Assembly (NCBI GenBank): GCA_964388715.1
Contig: CAYMBN010000012.1
Span: 1-41,169 of the forward strand
DNA length: 41,169 nt
Reading direction: 5' to 3'
Source: an uncultured Methanosarcinales archaeon
GTDB lineage: Archaea; Nanobdellota; Nanobdellia; Woesearchaeales; CAYMBN01
The translations under genes were made by a program, and so were the position numbers. The notes beneath the pieces were generated by a model. That model ran no database searches, was not told the origin of the DNA, and saw nothing but the letters and a program-made list of their open reading frames with translations. Of this stretch, positions 28,330 through 38,700 are shown piece after piece. Every line of letters starts with the position of its first letter. Positions within the stretch are counted from its first letter, which is position 1.

Positions 28330-28453
28330 TATTTAAGTTAAATATTTTAGTTATATAAATAATTTTCTATTAAAAATTTAAAAATAACGCAAAAATAACA
28401 TGTTTTTCTTATTTTAAAGAAGATTTATAAATGTTTAATGATTTTCTTATTTT

Positions 28454-29134
28454 ATGTATATAGACATTGTTTTTCCAAGTAATAATGAAGAAAAATTTAT
28501 TAAAAATGCAATTTTGTTAGGTTACAATGGATTAATTTTAACATATAAATTTAACAAAAAAAATGTTGAGTTATTTCATAAAGTAAAAAAAATTTACAAA
28601 TTAAATAATTTTAAAATAAAACTCTTCCTAGGATTAATGATTAATCCAAAGCAAATAAACAAAACAAAAAAAATAGCAGATATTATTGTAACAGAAGCAG
28701 ACATAAACAAAATTAATATTTCAAAAAACACTTTAATGTACAATTTTGAAAACATCACAATCAAAGACAAATTTAATCAAAAAACATCAGGATTAAACCA
28801 TATTTTATGCAAATCACTCAAAAAAAAGAACATTCCAATCATTTTTCCAATAACAACTTTCTTCAACTCAAAAAATCAACAAAAATTATTTGGAAAAATA
28901 CTCCAAAACATAAAACTCTGCAAAAAATATAAAAATATCATAATTTTAACTTCTTTTGCAAAACATCCAAAAGAAATGATTTCTCCACATGATTTAATTG
29001 CTTATGGAATAATTCTTGGCTTAACACCAACACAAGCAAAAAAATCTATTTTCAATATTCACAATCTAATTTTATTAAATAAAAAGAAAAAAACTGGTAA
29101 ATTGATTACAGAAGGTGTTGAACTCTTAGATTAA
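28454..29134 (+). CDS. rnp3: RNase P protein subunit Rpp30
   Basis: D.FNQKTSGLNHILCK, QNIKLCKKY, SFAKHPKEM.SP.DL, GVELL C-terminus. Confidence 0.82.
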   Translation: MYIDIVFPSNNEEKFIKNAILLGYNGLILTYKFNKKNVELFHKVKKIYKLNNFKIKLFLGLMINPKQINKTKKIADIIVTEADINKINISKNTLMYNFENITIKDKFNQKTSGLNHILCKSLKKKNIPIIFPITTFFNSKNQQKLFGKILQNIKLCKKYKNIIILTSFAKHPKEMISPHDLIAYGIILGLTPTQAKKSIFNIHNLILLNKKKKTGKLITEGVELLD

Positions 29135-29190
29135 TGCAAATATTTAAATATGTGTCCTGCATAAAAAACAGTAAAAAGAGGGTTTAATTA

Positions 29191-32100
29191 ATGAGAAAAG
29201 AGAGATGGTTTATAGTAATTTTAATTATTTTAGTTTCTATTAGTTTTGTAAGTGCAGATGGATGTGATTTTTCTATTAATAATGATAATGATAAATACAA
29301 CACAACTAATTGTAGTTTAAGTTCATTTTGGGAAGCAAATGATATAACCTTATATGATGGAACTCCTGTACCAAATGCAAAAATTTGTCCTAATGGTAAA
29401 GTTGGAGTAGAAGTTCAAGACATGGTTGGTTCTTGGAAAGAAAGTTTTACAATATATTGTGAATATATTAATATAACAAATAATGATATAACTCTTGTTG
29501 GACCAGTAACCACCATTTTTAGTGGTGGTGATGGAGGTACTGCAGGATATCACGCTTGTCCTGAAGGTTATGTTTTAACAGGGGGAAATTTTAGTGGTGG
29601 ATTTGGTGAAAAACCTATAGGAAGAACTTTGTTTAGATGTACTAAATTAACAGGTGTTGATGAAAATGGAAATCTTATATTAGATTATACAAACCAACAT
29701 GAAACACCTAGCCGTAGAGCTTGGGATTGTCACCATAGAGGTGACTGCCCTGATGGACCAGGATATGATTGTCCTAAAGGTAAAGTTGTTGTAGGAATCG
29801 GTTTTAATAATAAAGGTCATGTTATTTGTGCAAATGTTACCAAAATAAATGACACAGACTGCAATGACACAGACCCAACAATATATCCAGGTGCACTTGA
29901 AATATGTGATGCTAAACTTCATAATTGTGACAATATAAAAAGGGTTGAAGCAGGTGAACCTTATGGTCAAGTATTTGCAGAAGTATGTGAAGCAGATGAT
30001 AATAAACAAACATGTAACTTTTATAATCAATATATGTGGTATACTTCTTGGTTAGAAGGAGTAGAAGATACAAATCTTTGTTGTGGTGATGATAATGAAT
30101 CAGACCTAGGAACAATCCGTGATCAAGGAAGATTTCTTTGTTATGACAGACCAAGATGGAATTGGACACGTGCAGATCATCCTAATAATCAATACAAAAT
30201 AATTACAGTTGAGAAAGAAGGAGAAACATTTGATTTAGTATCAAATTCACAACAATGGTGGAAATGTGATGCAGAAGGTACTGCAGATCCTGCAAATTAT
30301 GAATTTGGTGAAGGAATTAGTTCACCAGGAACAGAAGATGAAGAAACAGATGAAGAACAATATATTCGTTTTATTGGTGGTGAAGAACAACAAACAACTT
30401 TTACATATGATTCTTCAGGAAATGGAATTGATAAAACCATTTTTATGAATAATCCTCTTGAATTTCTTCAAGCAATTATAGAAAGCCTAACAACAGGTGA
30501 TTTAGCAACACTACCTTTACCAGGAGAAGATACTTCAACAATAGATTCAACCACAACAGAAACAACCCCAATATCCTTACCTATTCAAACTCAAAAATCA
30601 CAATCCTTCTTATGTTATGAACTCAATGGAAAAAATCAAATTGCAGAATGTTGTTATGAAAGAACATGTAAAAATCCAGAAAAAGGTTTTGCAAGAGGAT
30701 CTTCTTTATACAGTGTTTTAGATTTTGATACAATTGAAGAAGACAATGCTTACGACTTTGTTTGGGTTGTTGGTCTTAAAGGAACTTATATGCAACACAG
30801 CTTTTCCTCTAACCACAATAACCCAATGCGCAGATTAAAATTCACAAACTGGTCACAATTCAAAAACTTAGAATTTGATTATTATGTATACAATTTCAGC
30901 AAAACCCTAAAACACATAAAAATCTTTGATAGTGGTACTGAAGTTTTTGATGGGAACATATTTGATTATTCAACAATTGGTGATACTCCTAACACTCCTC
31001 ATCACATAATAATTCCACTTGACTTTGAAAAAGATAATATTTCAAAAATTACAATTTATCATGAATTTGAAAAATACACAGAACCAACTTTAGTACTTGA
31101 TTCATTTATTTTAACAGGTGACAAACAAAATCAATATTGTTCAGCACAATATGTAAAATGGGTAGATGATACAGAATTTGATTCACAAGATGACCAAACC
31201 TTACTTCCTTACAAAACAGTTTGTGATGCCCAAATGTCTTATTATTGGACAGGAAAACAATGTTGTGGTGATGATCAAACATTATCAAAAAAAGAATATT
31301 ATGATCAAGATACACATGGTTGTTGGCAAGGTCAAATAGTTAGCAATGCAACAAGAGTAAATGATTCACTTAAAAAACAAGAATATGCAAACATATTATA
31401 TCACAACAACTTTTTCAAATCTTGCGCAGACTTTGATTCATCAGACACATTTACAACAACACCTAATGATTACTGTCAAGTTTATGGAGACTTCTTTTGT
31501 TCATACCAAAACATATGGAGCAATGAACCAAACAATAATATAATCTCAAAACAAAGAAATACACCAAAAAACCTAACAGATGTACAATCAGAAAAAGCCA
31601 ACAACTTTAATTTTGAAAATGATAAAGATTGTTGCCCAAGAACACATTGTTGGAACACAACACATTGTATTTCTTCAGAAACAGGTATTTTTGACAGGAC
31701 AAAAAAAGAATACCTTTCCATGGACTTTGGAACAGGAATAAATGATGATGAATTTGATTTATACGCTTGTTACAATGATAATGGAACAGGCATATGGCAA
31801 AAAGCATATAAAAGAGAAAAATACAATGATATCAACAATATTGCTTACAGTTTAAATAAAACACAATGTTGGGATGGAACCAAATTTATCAATGATTCTT
31901 ATTATACAGGTGATCATTATTGTCAAAATGGAACATGGACATCAAGAACAAAAGCCCTTGCATTAAAACTTTTATCAATAAAACAAACACATACTGACCA
32001 ACTTGATAATTATGTTTTATATTGTGATAAATATGACAAAACACTACCTCACTTTAATTATTTTATCCAAGGAACATCAGCTTTAAGATACATAAAAGGA

Positions 32101-32796
32101 CAAGAAATTTGTCAAGATGACATTTTTTGTGATTATCAATGTGGTGAAGCAGAAACATGTACAAACAATTTTTGTGTTTTAAAATACAATGATCGAGTTT
32201 ATGGTGACACAATTTTATTTGGTACATCATTAAACAGAGAAATCAATGTAACAGATTATCCCTTTTATGAATTATTTGATTACACTAACTGTAATGATGC
32301 ATTAACAACTTCCTCTTACAATAAATGCAACTCAAACAAAGATGCAAAAATACTTTGGTATAACTCAAAATCAAAAATCTCAATATACACACAAAACAAC
32401 ATCAACATAAATTCAGACTTTTCTTTACTTGATTACTTTTTAGAACATCCATTCAAAGCAATCCTTTACTTTATTAACAATTTTGAAGTATTTATAGGTG
32501 ATTTTGGTCAACCAATTGATTTTGGAGGTAATTTCACAAACTATAACAAAATATATCTCTCACAAAAAGATAATAAAATAATAAGAGGAATAGTCGAAAG
32601 AGAAACAAACACAGTAAACAGATTACTTATCAACTACACAGGATTCAACCAAGATATATGTGTAACAATTGATAAAATAGGACTAAACGAACTTAATTGT
32701 GAAACATATGAATCTTCTTCTTATGTTGGAACATTAAATAATGATTTAATTACTTATTATTGGCAAGATTTAACTTCCAAAACAAGAATCAAATAA
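29191..32796 (+). CDS. Large secreted Cys-rich protein with a MopE-like metal-binding motif
   Basis: Signal peptide ending VSA; DCNDTDPTIYPGALEICD; two CCGDD motifs; many N-x-S/T sequons. Confidence 0.85.
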   Translation: MRKERWFIVILIILVSISFVSADGCDFSINNDNDKYNTTNCSLSSFWEANDITLYDGTPVPNAKICPNGKVGVEVQDMVGSWKESFTIYCEYINITNNDITLVGPVTTIFSGGDGGTAGYHACPEGYVLTGGNFSGGFGEKPIGRTLFRCTKLTGVDENGNLILDYTNQHETPSRRAWDCHHRGDCPDGPGYDCPKGKVVVGIGFNNKGHVICANVTKINDTDCNDTDPTIYPGALEICDAKLHNCDNIKRVEAGEPYGQVFAEVCEADDNKQTCNFYNQYMWYTSWLEGVEDTNLCCGDDNESDLGTIRDQGRFLCYDRPRWNWTRADHPNNQYKIITVEKEGETFDLVSNSQQWWKCDAEGTADPANYEFGEGISSPGTEDEETDEEQYIRFIGGEEQQTTFTYDSSGNGIDKTIFMNNPLEFLQAIIESLTTGDLATLPLPGEDTSTIDSTTTETTPISLPIQTQKSQSFLCYELNGKNQIAECCYERTCKNPEKGFARGSSLYSVLDFDTIEEDNAYDFVWVVGLKGTYMQHSFSSNHNNPMRRLKFTNWSQFKNLEFDYYVYNFSKTLKHIKIFDSGTEVFDGNIFDYSTIGDTPNTPHHIIIPLDFEKDNISKITIYHEFEKYTEPTLVLDSFILTGDKQNQYCSAQYVKWVDDTEFDSQDDQTLLPYKTVCDAQMSYYWTGKQCCGDDQTLSKKEYYDQDTHGCWQGQIVSNATRVNDSLKKQEYANILYHNNFFKSCADFDSSDTFTTTPNDYCQVYGDFFCSYQNIWSNEPNNNIISKQRNTPKNLTDVQSEKANNFNFENDKDCCPRTHCWNTTHCISSETGIFDRTKKEYLSMDFGTGINDDEFDLYACYNDNGTGIWQKAYKREKYNDINNIAYSLNKTQCWDGTKFINDSYYTGDHYCQNGTWTSRTKALALKLLSIKQTHTDQLDNYVLYCDKYDKTLPHFNYFIQGTSALRYIKGQEICQDDIFCDYQCGEAETCTNNFCVLKYNDRVYGDTILFGTSLNREINVTDYPFYELFDYTNCNDALTTSSYNKCNSNKDAKILWYNSKSKISIYTQNNININSDFSLLDYFLEHPFKAILYFINNFEVFIGDFGQPIDFGGNFTNYNKIYLSQKDNKIIRGIVERETNTVNRLLINYTGFNQDICVTIDKIGLNELNCETYESSSYVGTLNNDLITYYWQDLTSKTRIK

Positions 32797-32839
32797 ATTT
32801 AAATATCAATAATTCTATTTAATCATAAAAAGAGGGAAA

Positions 32840-35623
32840 ATGAAGAAAAATTCACAAATAACCTTGTTTGTTATTATGGGAATAGTAATTTTGATTGTAT
32901 TTAGTTTCTTATTTTACTCAACAAAAACAATTGCAAAAATTAAACTTGAACACAAAATTGATCAAATAACTACAGATTTACTTCAAACAAGTGCACTCAA
33001 ATATTACATTACTTTATGCCTAGAAAAAACAGCTAAGCAAGGTGTTGATTTAATAACAAAACAAGGTGGAAGAATATTCCAAGATCAAGGAGGTTTATTT
33101 CCATACCCAGGTAACCATTCTTATGGCACTTCAATTTTACCTTTTGGAAATTCAGATGTTTATTATGGCATAACAGAATATCAAAAAACAACAAATCCAA
33201 TTTATGGTTATTACAGTAAACCACCTAATTATTTAGTTGGTGATGGCATTGACTTTTTTGGATTAAAAGATCTCCCTGCATTATGTGATCCAAATGGTCC
33301 TAATAAAATTGCACAATTTCCTAAAAAATATTATCCTTGTCAATCTTATAGCCCAAGATTTCCAATACAAAATCAGTTAAACAATTACATTGAAAACCAA
33401 ATAAAAGATTGTGTTAACATTTCTATATTTTCCAATGTGTATGGTTATGAAATCCACGCAGCAAACCCAGAATCAAACATAATATTTGGCGAAAATGATA
33501 TTATCACAGAACTTTATTATCCAATAAACATAAGTGTACAAGGTTTTGAACCAATCACAAAAATATTGGGATTCAAAAGCAAAATCAAACTAAGACTTAA
33601 AAAATTATATGAATTTGCAGAAAAAATAATTAACATTGATCAAAGTAATGTTTTGTTTGATATTGAAAAAAATCATTCCTTATTTGGAAACATCCCTGGT
33701 TTTAAAATTCAAAAACACAAAAATACATATCAATTTGACAGTATGATAACTGTTACAGATGAATTTTCTTTAATTGATGGCAAACCATTAACATTACAAT
33801 TTGGTATAAAAAATAGAGAACCAGCACTTGAATGGATACATGAAACACATCCAAGCCAAGAACTTGATTTCATTAAAAGAGAAAATGAAACAATTATAAT
33901 AAACCCACAAGCATATGATGCAGATGAAGAAACAGAATTTACTTTTGATTACACTGGTTGGATGGAAACATGGGATGAAGAATTAGACAAAACAACCTGC
34001 CTTGCAAACATCACTGATTGTAGACTCAACCCTTCAAAATATACCTCAGTTAACCACAACAAAAAACCTCATAACTGGACAAACTCATTTAATTTTATTA
34101 ATTCAAATCCAAACACCTCTTATAAAGTAAGAGATAATTGGAAAGATGTTGGTTTTCATAATCTCACTCTAAAAGTAACAGACAAAGCAGGACTCTCAGA
34201 CTGGCAAATAATCAAAATCTTAATAGCAGACATACCTATTGTAAACATTTTTAGCAACCACCCTTTCCCATCAATTAACAAAACATTTGTTTCTTTAGAA
34301 GATCCTTTTCATTTAGAAGCACAAGTACATGCTGTTTTTTCAAAAGTAGAAAATTATAATTGGACAATTGAAGACATTTCATTTATTAAAACAGAAAATA
34401 AACTAAAAATACCAGAAAATCCTAACATAGGAACAATAAAAAACCAACATTATTTCAAAAACCTTTCAACTAATAACATACTTTTAACTTTAAAATACAA
34501 CAACCTTCCTTATAAAGACAAATTTTATTATGACCTTTCTATAAAACAATGCTTCCCACACAGAAGTTCCACTCCCATTTATCCATACAACTCTCAACAA
34601 GACACTCAAAAATACTTTTTAGCAGACCACACTTGTTGTGCAGATGATTATACAATCAAAAACCCAACCTTCACTTGTTTTAAAGAAACAACTTATGGAG
34701 CTAATTATTCTTTTAACAACAATAAATACAAAATAACACACCTACCACCCAAACCATATCCTTCAATTCAATATCCAAATATAACCTCAACCCAAACACA
34801 TTTTAAAGCACAAAACGACCTATTTCAAAGAACTTTTGAAAGAAAATGTTCAGGCGAAAGAGGTAATATTTGTAATGGTACTGCAACAGAAAAAAGAATC
34901 ATTATTCAAGAATGTGAAGACATAACTACAGATGAAAGATGTTCAGGTCCTATTACAGGTATTTTAACCACAAAATCATCAAATGGTTGTGTTGATTATT
35001 CACCTGGTTACACATTTGAACACCAAAGTGGCCCTAACAATCCTTGTGATTACATCTTTAAGTGTGTTACACAAGGTGACAATGGTTACTTAACATTAGG
35101 TCAATATTACACCCAAGGATTTTGTGATAACAGTGGTAATTGTGACCATGCTGCTTTTGGTCAACAATGTAGAGGTACAGAAGAACATTTTTGTCAATCA
35201 GGCCAAGGAAATGGTTGTATGAACTTATGTTTTGACAATGTAGACAATGACAACAATGGTTGTCCAGACAGTCAAGATTTTAATTGTGGTGGCACAGAAA
35301 CAACCTGTGGTGACAATCAAGATAATGATTGTGACACTTTAACAGATTGTGATGACCCTGATTGCCAATTATTAACCTGTACAAATAGTAATTCTAACAA
35401 ATGTAACCCTGATTTTTACAATTCAAACACCAAATATTGTGTAACCTCTATAAATCATTGTGCTTATACAAACACTACAGGAACCTTTAATATAACAAAT
35501 AATTACAAAAAATGTGATCAAACCCTATCTTATTTCAAACAATGTAAAAATGGTATTTGGGACACAATTCAATCATGTGATAAAAACCAAGAATGNNNNN
35601 NNNNNGGTTGTATAACTACTTAA
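32840..35623 (+). CDS. Large exported protein with class III (pilin-like) signal peptide and Cys/Asp-rich C-terminus; 3' end spans an assembly gap
   Basis: MKKNS|QITLFVIMGIVIL N-terminus; Ig/PKD-like LTLKVTDKAGLSD; CFDNVDNDNNG and CGDNQDNDCD repeats; Ns at 35596-35605. Confidence 0.82.
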   Translation: MKKNSQITLFVIMGIVILIVFSFLFYSTKTIAKIKLEHKIDQITTDLLQTSALKYYITLCLEKTAKQGVDLITKQGGRIFQDQGGLFPYPGNHSYGTSILPFGNSDVYYGITEYQKTTNPIYGYYSKPPNYLVGDGIDFFGLKDLPALCDPNGPNKIAQFPKKYYPCQSYSPRFPIQNQLNNYIENQIKDCVNISIFSNVYGYEIHAANPESNIIFGENDIITELYYPINISVQGFEPITKILGFKSKIKLRLKKLYEFAEKIINIDQSNVLFDIEKNHSLFGNIPGFKIQKHKNTYQFDSMITVTDEFSLIDGKPLTLQFGIKNREPALEWIHETHPSQELDFIKRENETIIINPQAYDADEETEFTFDYTGWMETWDEELDKTTCLANITDCRLNPSKYTSVNHNKKPHNWTNSFNFINSNPNTSYKVRDNWKDVGFHNLTLKVTDKAGLSDWQIIKILIADIPIVNIFSNHPFPSINKTFVSLEDPFHLEAQVHAVFSKVENYNWTIEDISFIKTENKLKIPENPNIGTIKNQHYFKNLSTNNILLTLKYNNLPYKDKFYYDLSIKQCFPHRSSTPIYPYNSQQDTQKYFLADHTCCADDYTIKNPTFTCFKETTYGANYSFNNNKYKITHLPPKPYPSIQYPNITSTQTHFKAQNDLFQRTFERKCSGERGNICNGTATEKRIIIQECEDITTDERCSGPITGILTTKSSNGCVDYSPGYTFEHQSGPNNPCDYIFKCVTQGDNGYLTLGQYYTQGFCDNSGNCDHAAFGQQCRGTEEHFCQSGQGNGCMNLCFDNVDNDNNGCPDSQDFNCGGTETTCGDNQDNDCDTLTDCDDPDCQLLTCTNSNSNKCNPDFYNSNTKYCVTSINHCAYTNTTGTFNITNNYKKCDQTLSYFKQCKNGIWDTIQSCDKNQEXXXXGCITT
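35596..35605. other. Assembly gap (10 N)
   Basis: Run of n in the sequence. Confidence 0.99.
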
Positions 35624-35775
35624 TTTCCAAAACTTTTAAAAATTCTTCAAATTTTTAAACGGTTTAAAAATCAGAGATTTTCAAAACTTTTTCTCTCGAT
35701 AAAATACGAAAACTTTATAAATGGAAATACACTATTTTTTTATATATTTAATCAACTCAAAGTAATGAAAAAAAG

Positions 35776-38700
35776 ATGAATAAAAAGAGGGGATTTGTAG
35801 TAATCGTAAGTCTATTTTTTATAGTTTTAGCAGTTGTATCTTCAGATAATGAGCAAGGTTGTTGTATAAACCCCTATACTACAGCTGATATTTGTGGAAA
35901 TCAAATATCAATTGATTTGTGTTGTCCAACTGATGGTACTTACAACCAACTAGGTGGACCAGCTAACAAGGCCGATTGTGATGCAAATTTCTTTAAACCT
36001 AACAATAATTGCGCTGAAATAGACAATTGTACACAAGGTTGTTGTGATGGAGGTTCTTATGTTTGTGATTCTGGCACACTTAAATTAGATTGTGATATAG
36101 CAAATGCTGTATTTAGTGCTTTACCATCTTGTGAAACAATACCCAACTGTGAATCAGGATGTTGCTGCTCACCAGGCCAAGAACAATTAATATCAAGAAA
36201 ACAGTGTACAAACCAAAATGGAAACTTTTCACCATATGTAACAAAACAATCAGTATGTGATACTCTCTGTGAACAAACAAAACTATTTGCACAAAATATT
36301 GAATGTCAAGAAATTAATGGTCCAAATGTATATTGTGGAAATAACCTAACAAATTCCACCCACACATACTGTTGCGCAAAAGATAGTAGAGTAACACCTT
36401 CACAATTAGAATGTCAAATTAAAAGTTGTGCAATAAGTTTTACACTTAATGGTACAATTACTTCTTCAACAGACAATTCTCCTATCAATAATGCACAAGT
36501 AATAGTTGAAGGTCAAACAGAAACAAAATCAAACACAACAAATAACAATGGTTTTTACTTAATCTCAGACCTTTCAAATGGTATTTACACTGTAACAGCA
36601 TCTGCTCCAACATTTCAACAAAAACAACAGCAAATCACAATATCTAACTCAAACCAAATCTTAGACATATCACTAGACATTGCTGAAAACTGTACTAATT
36701 CTATTGATGATGATTCAGATGGTGCAAATGATATTTGTGACACTGATTGTGGTTTAGTTACAACCAATATAAATGATAATGAAAAACAAGATTCTGAAAA
36801 CACCACTGAATTATGTAATAATGGAAAAGATGATGACTGCAATGGTGTTACAGATTGCTTTGATCCAAACTGTCAACCTTTATTAATTTGCCAAGAACAA
36901 CAATGTCCTAACAATATAAAAGATCCTGGTGAAGATTGTGATGCAACATATGATACTTTTGGAAACAAAATAGGAGAAGGTGATGACACAGCATGTCCTG
37001 GCAGATGTTCTTCACAATGTAAATGCACACCTGAATGTGGTGATGGAAATTGTGATGAAGGTGAAACTTATCTTTCTTGTTCACAAGACTGTCCAACTCC
37101 TATTGATATAAAAATTTGTGGGAATGGTTTATTAGATTCAGAAAATAATGAAATATGTGATCCTACTGCAGACATCACAGCATGTAATTCAAACCAATAT
37201 TGTGTTGGACCAAACCTTCCACTTGAATGTACATGTATTTCATTATATGACTGTAATGACAACAACATAATCAATAATTATGAAGAATGTGAACCAGGCA
37301 GAATAGATTGTTCAGCAGGAAAAATATGTAAAGGTTGTCCTGGTAAATGTGTTAGTGATTGTTTAATTGAACCAGCTAAACCAGTATTAACTTTTATAAA
37401 CTTTTCATATGCAAACAACAATCCATATATTAAAATTCAATTTAATAATGATTGTACACCAATTAATTCATACATAATGAAATGTGTAGGTCCAAATGAA
37501 TCATGTATAAATTCAGAACATTTTGATCAACAATTTGGTCCAATAACAACAAATGAATACAATGATTTTTTAATTACAAACAACACCAATTATTGTTATA
37601 AGGTTAAATCTTTCTTTGAAGGAGGACACTCAAAAATATCAGATGAAAAATTATGTTTTGAATTAGGGGACAAGGAATGTTTAAAACAAAACACAGAAGA
37701 ATTTTGCATTGACAATATAAGATATGGTTGTAATGAATTTGGTAAACGTGATATTTTAGAAACATGTCAAGAAAGAGAAGTTTGTATGGAAAACATTGAT
37801 TCAACCACTTCATGCATTAAACAAGCTTATTGTTTAAATTGTAGCACACCATTAGGTTTATATTCTTCAACAAACAGCAAAGTAAATGATCCCAATGATG
37901 ATCGCTTTACAATAAGTTGTGAATTTACTCCTACTTGTTACCTTGATACAAGTTATTCTGTACCAGATTTGTATTATGAATGCCTAAACGTAAAATCATG
38001 TTATGATTACAACTCAAAAAAAGCATGTGAACAAAATAAATGTAGAATACAAAACTGTGTGTGGAATCCTTCATTTGACGAACTTGGAGCAGGAGTCTGT
38101 AGCACAACAATTGAGGAAGAACAACAATGCCACAAATGTAATGGAAATTTCAACAGTATATTTGGTGATTGTAATAAACAAACATGTGCATTATATGGTG
38201 AATGTTATTATAACAGTTTTACAAAAATATGTAAACACAAATCAGAAACAACTTGCACAGACTTTGATAGTATACAAGATTGTATTGGTCAAAGCCAAAT
38301 CAATGTAAACACTAACATAACTTGGGAAATTGATGAATCTACCCAATGTATAAATAATGGTGCTTGCCTTAAACCAAACAATACACACGGCTCAAATAAA
38401 ATCTTAACATTAAGTGATGATTACTTTAACTTTGGAAGATGTAAATATGTTAACAACAAATGTATAAAAGATGCAGATAATATTTTTTATTTAACAGGAA
38501 GAGCAAGAACTCAAAAAGTAGATGAATCAGATTGTTACAGTAAAGGAATAGAATGTTATACAGATTTTGAAACACCTAACACAACAATTATTTATACTTC
38601 ACCAATGGGAAAGGATTTATCATTAACAGTTAGTGTTAGAGATAATACTTATGATAATTCATATATAAAAACATATTACACAATCAAAAATTCAACAGAA

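Noticed and set aside
35500..35623. DGR variable region suggested by the N gap at a surface-protein C-terminus
   Set aside because: No reverse transcriptase, template repeat or C-type-lectin-like terminus is visible; the gap is most simply a scaffolding join.
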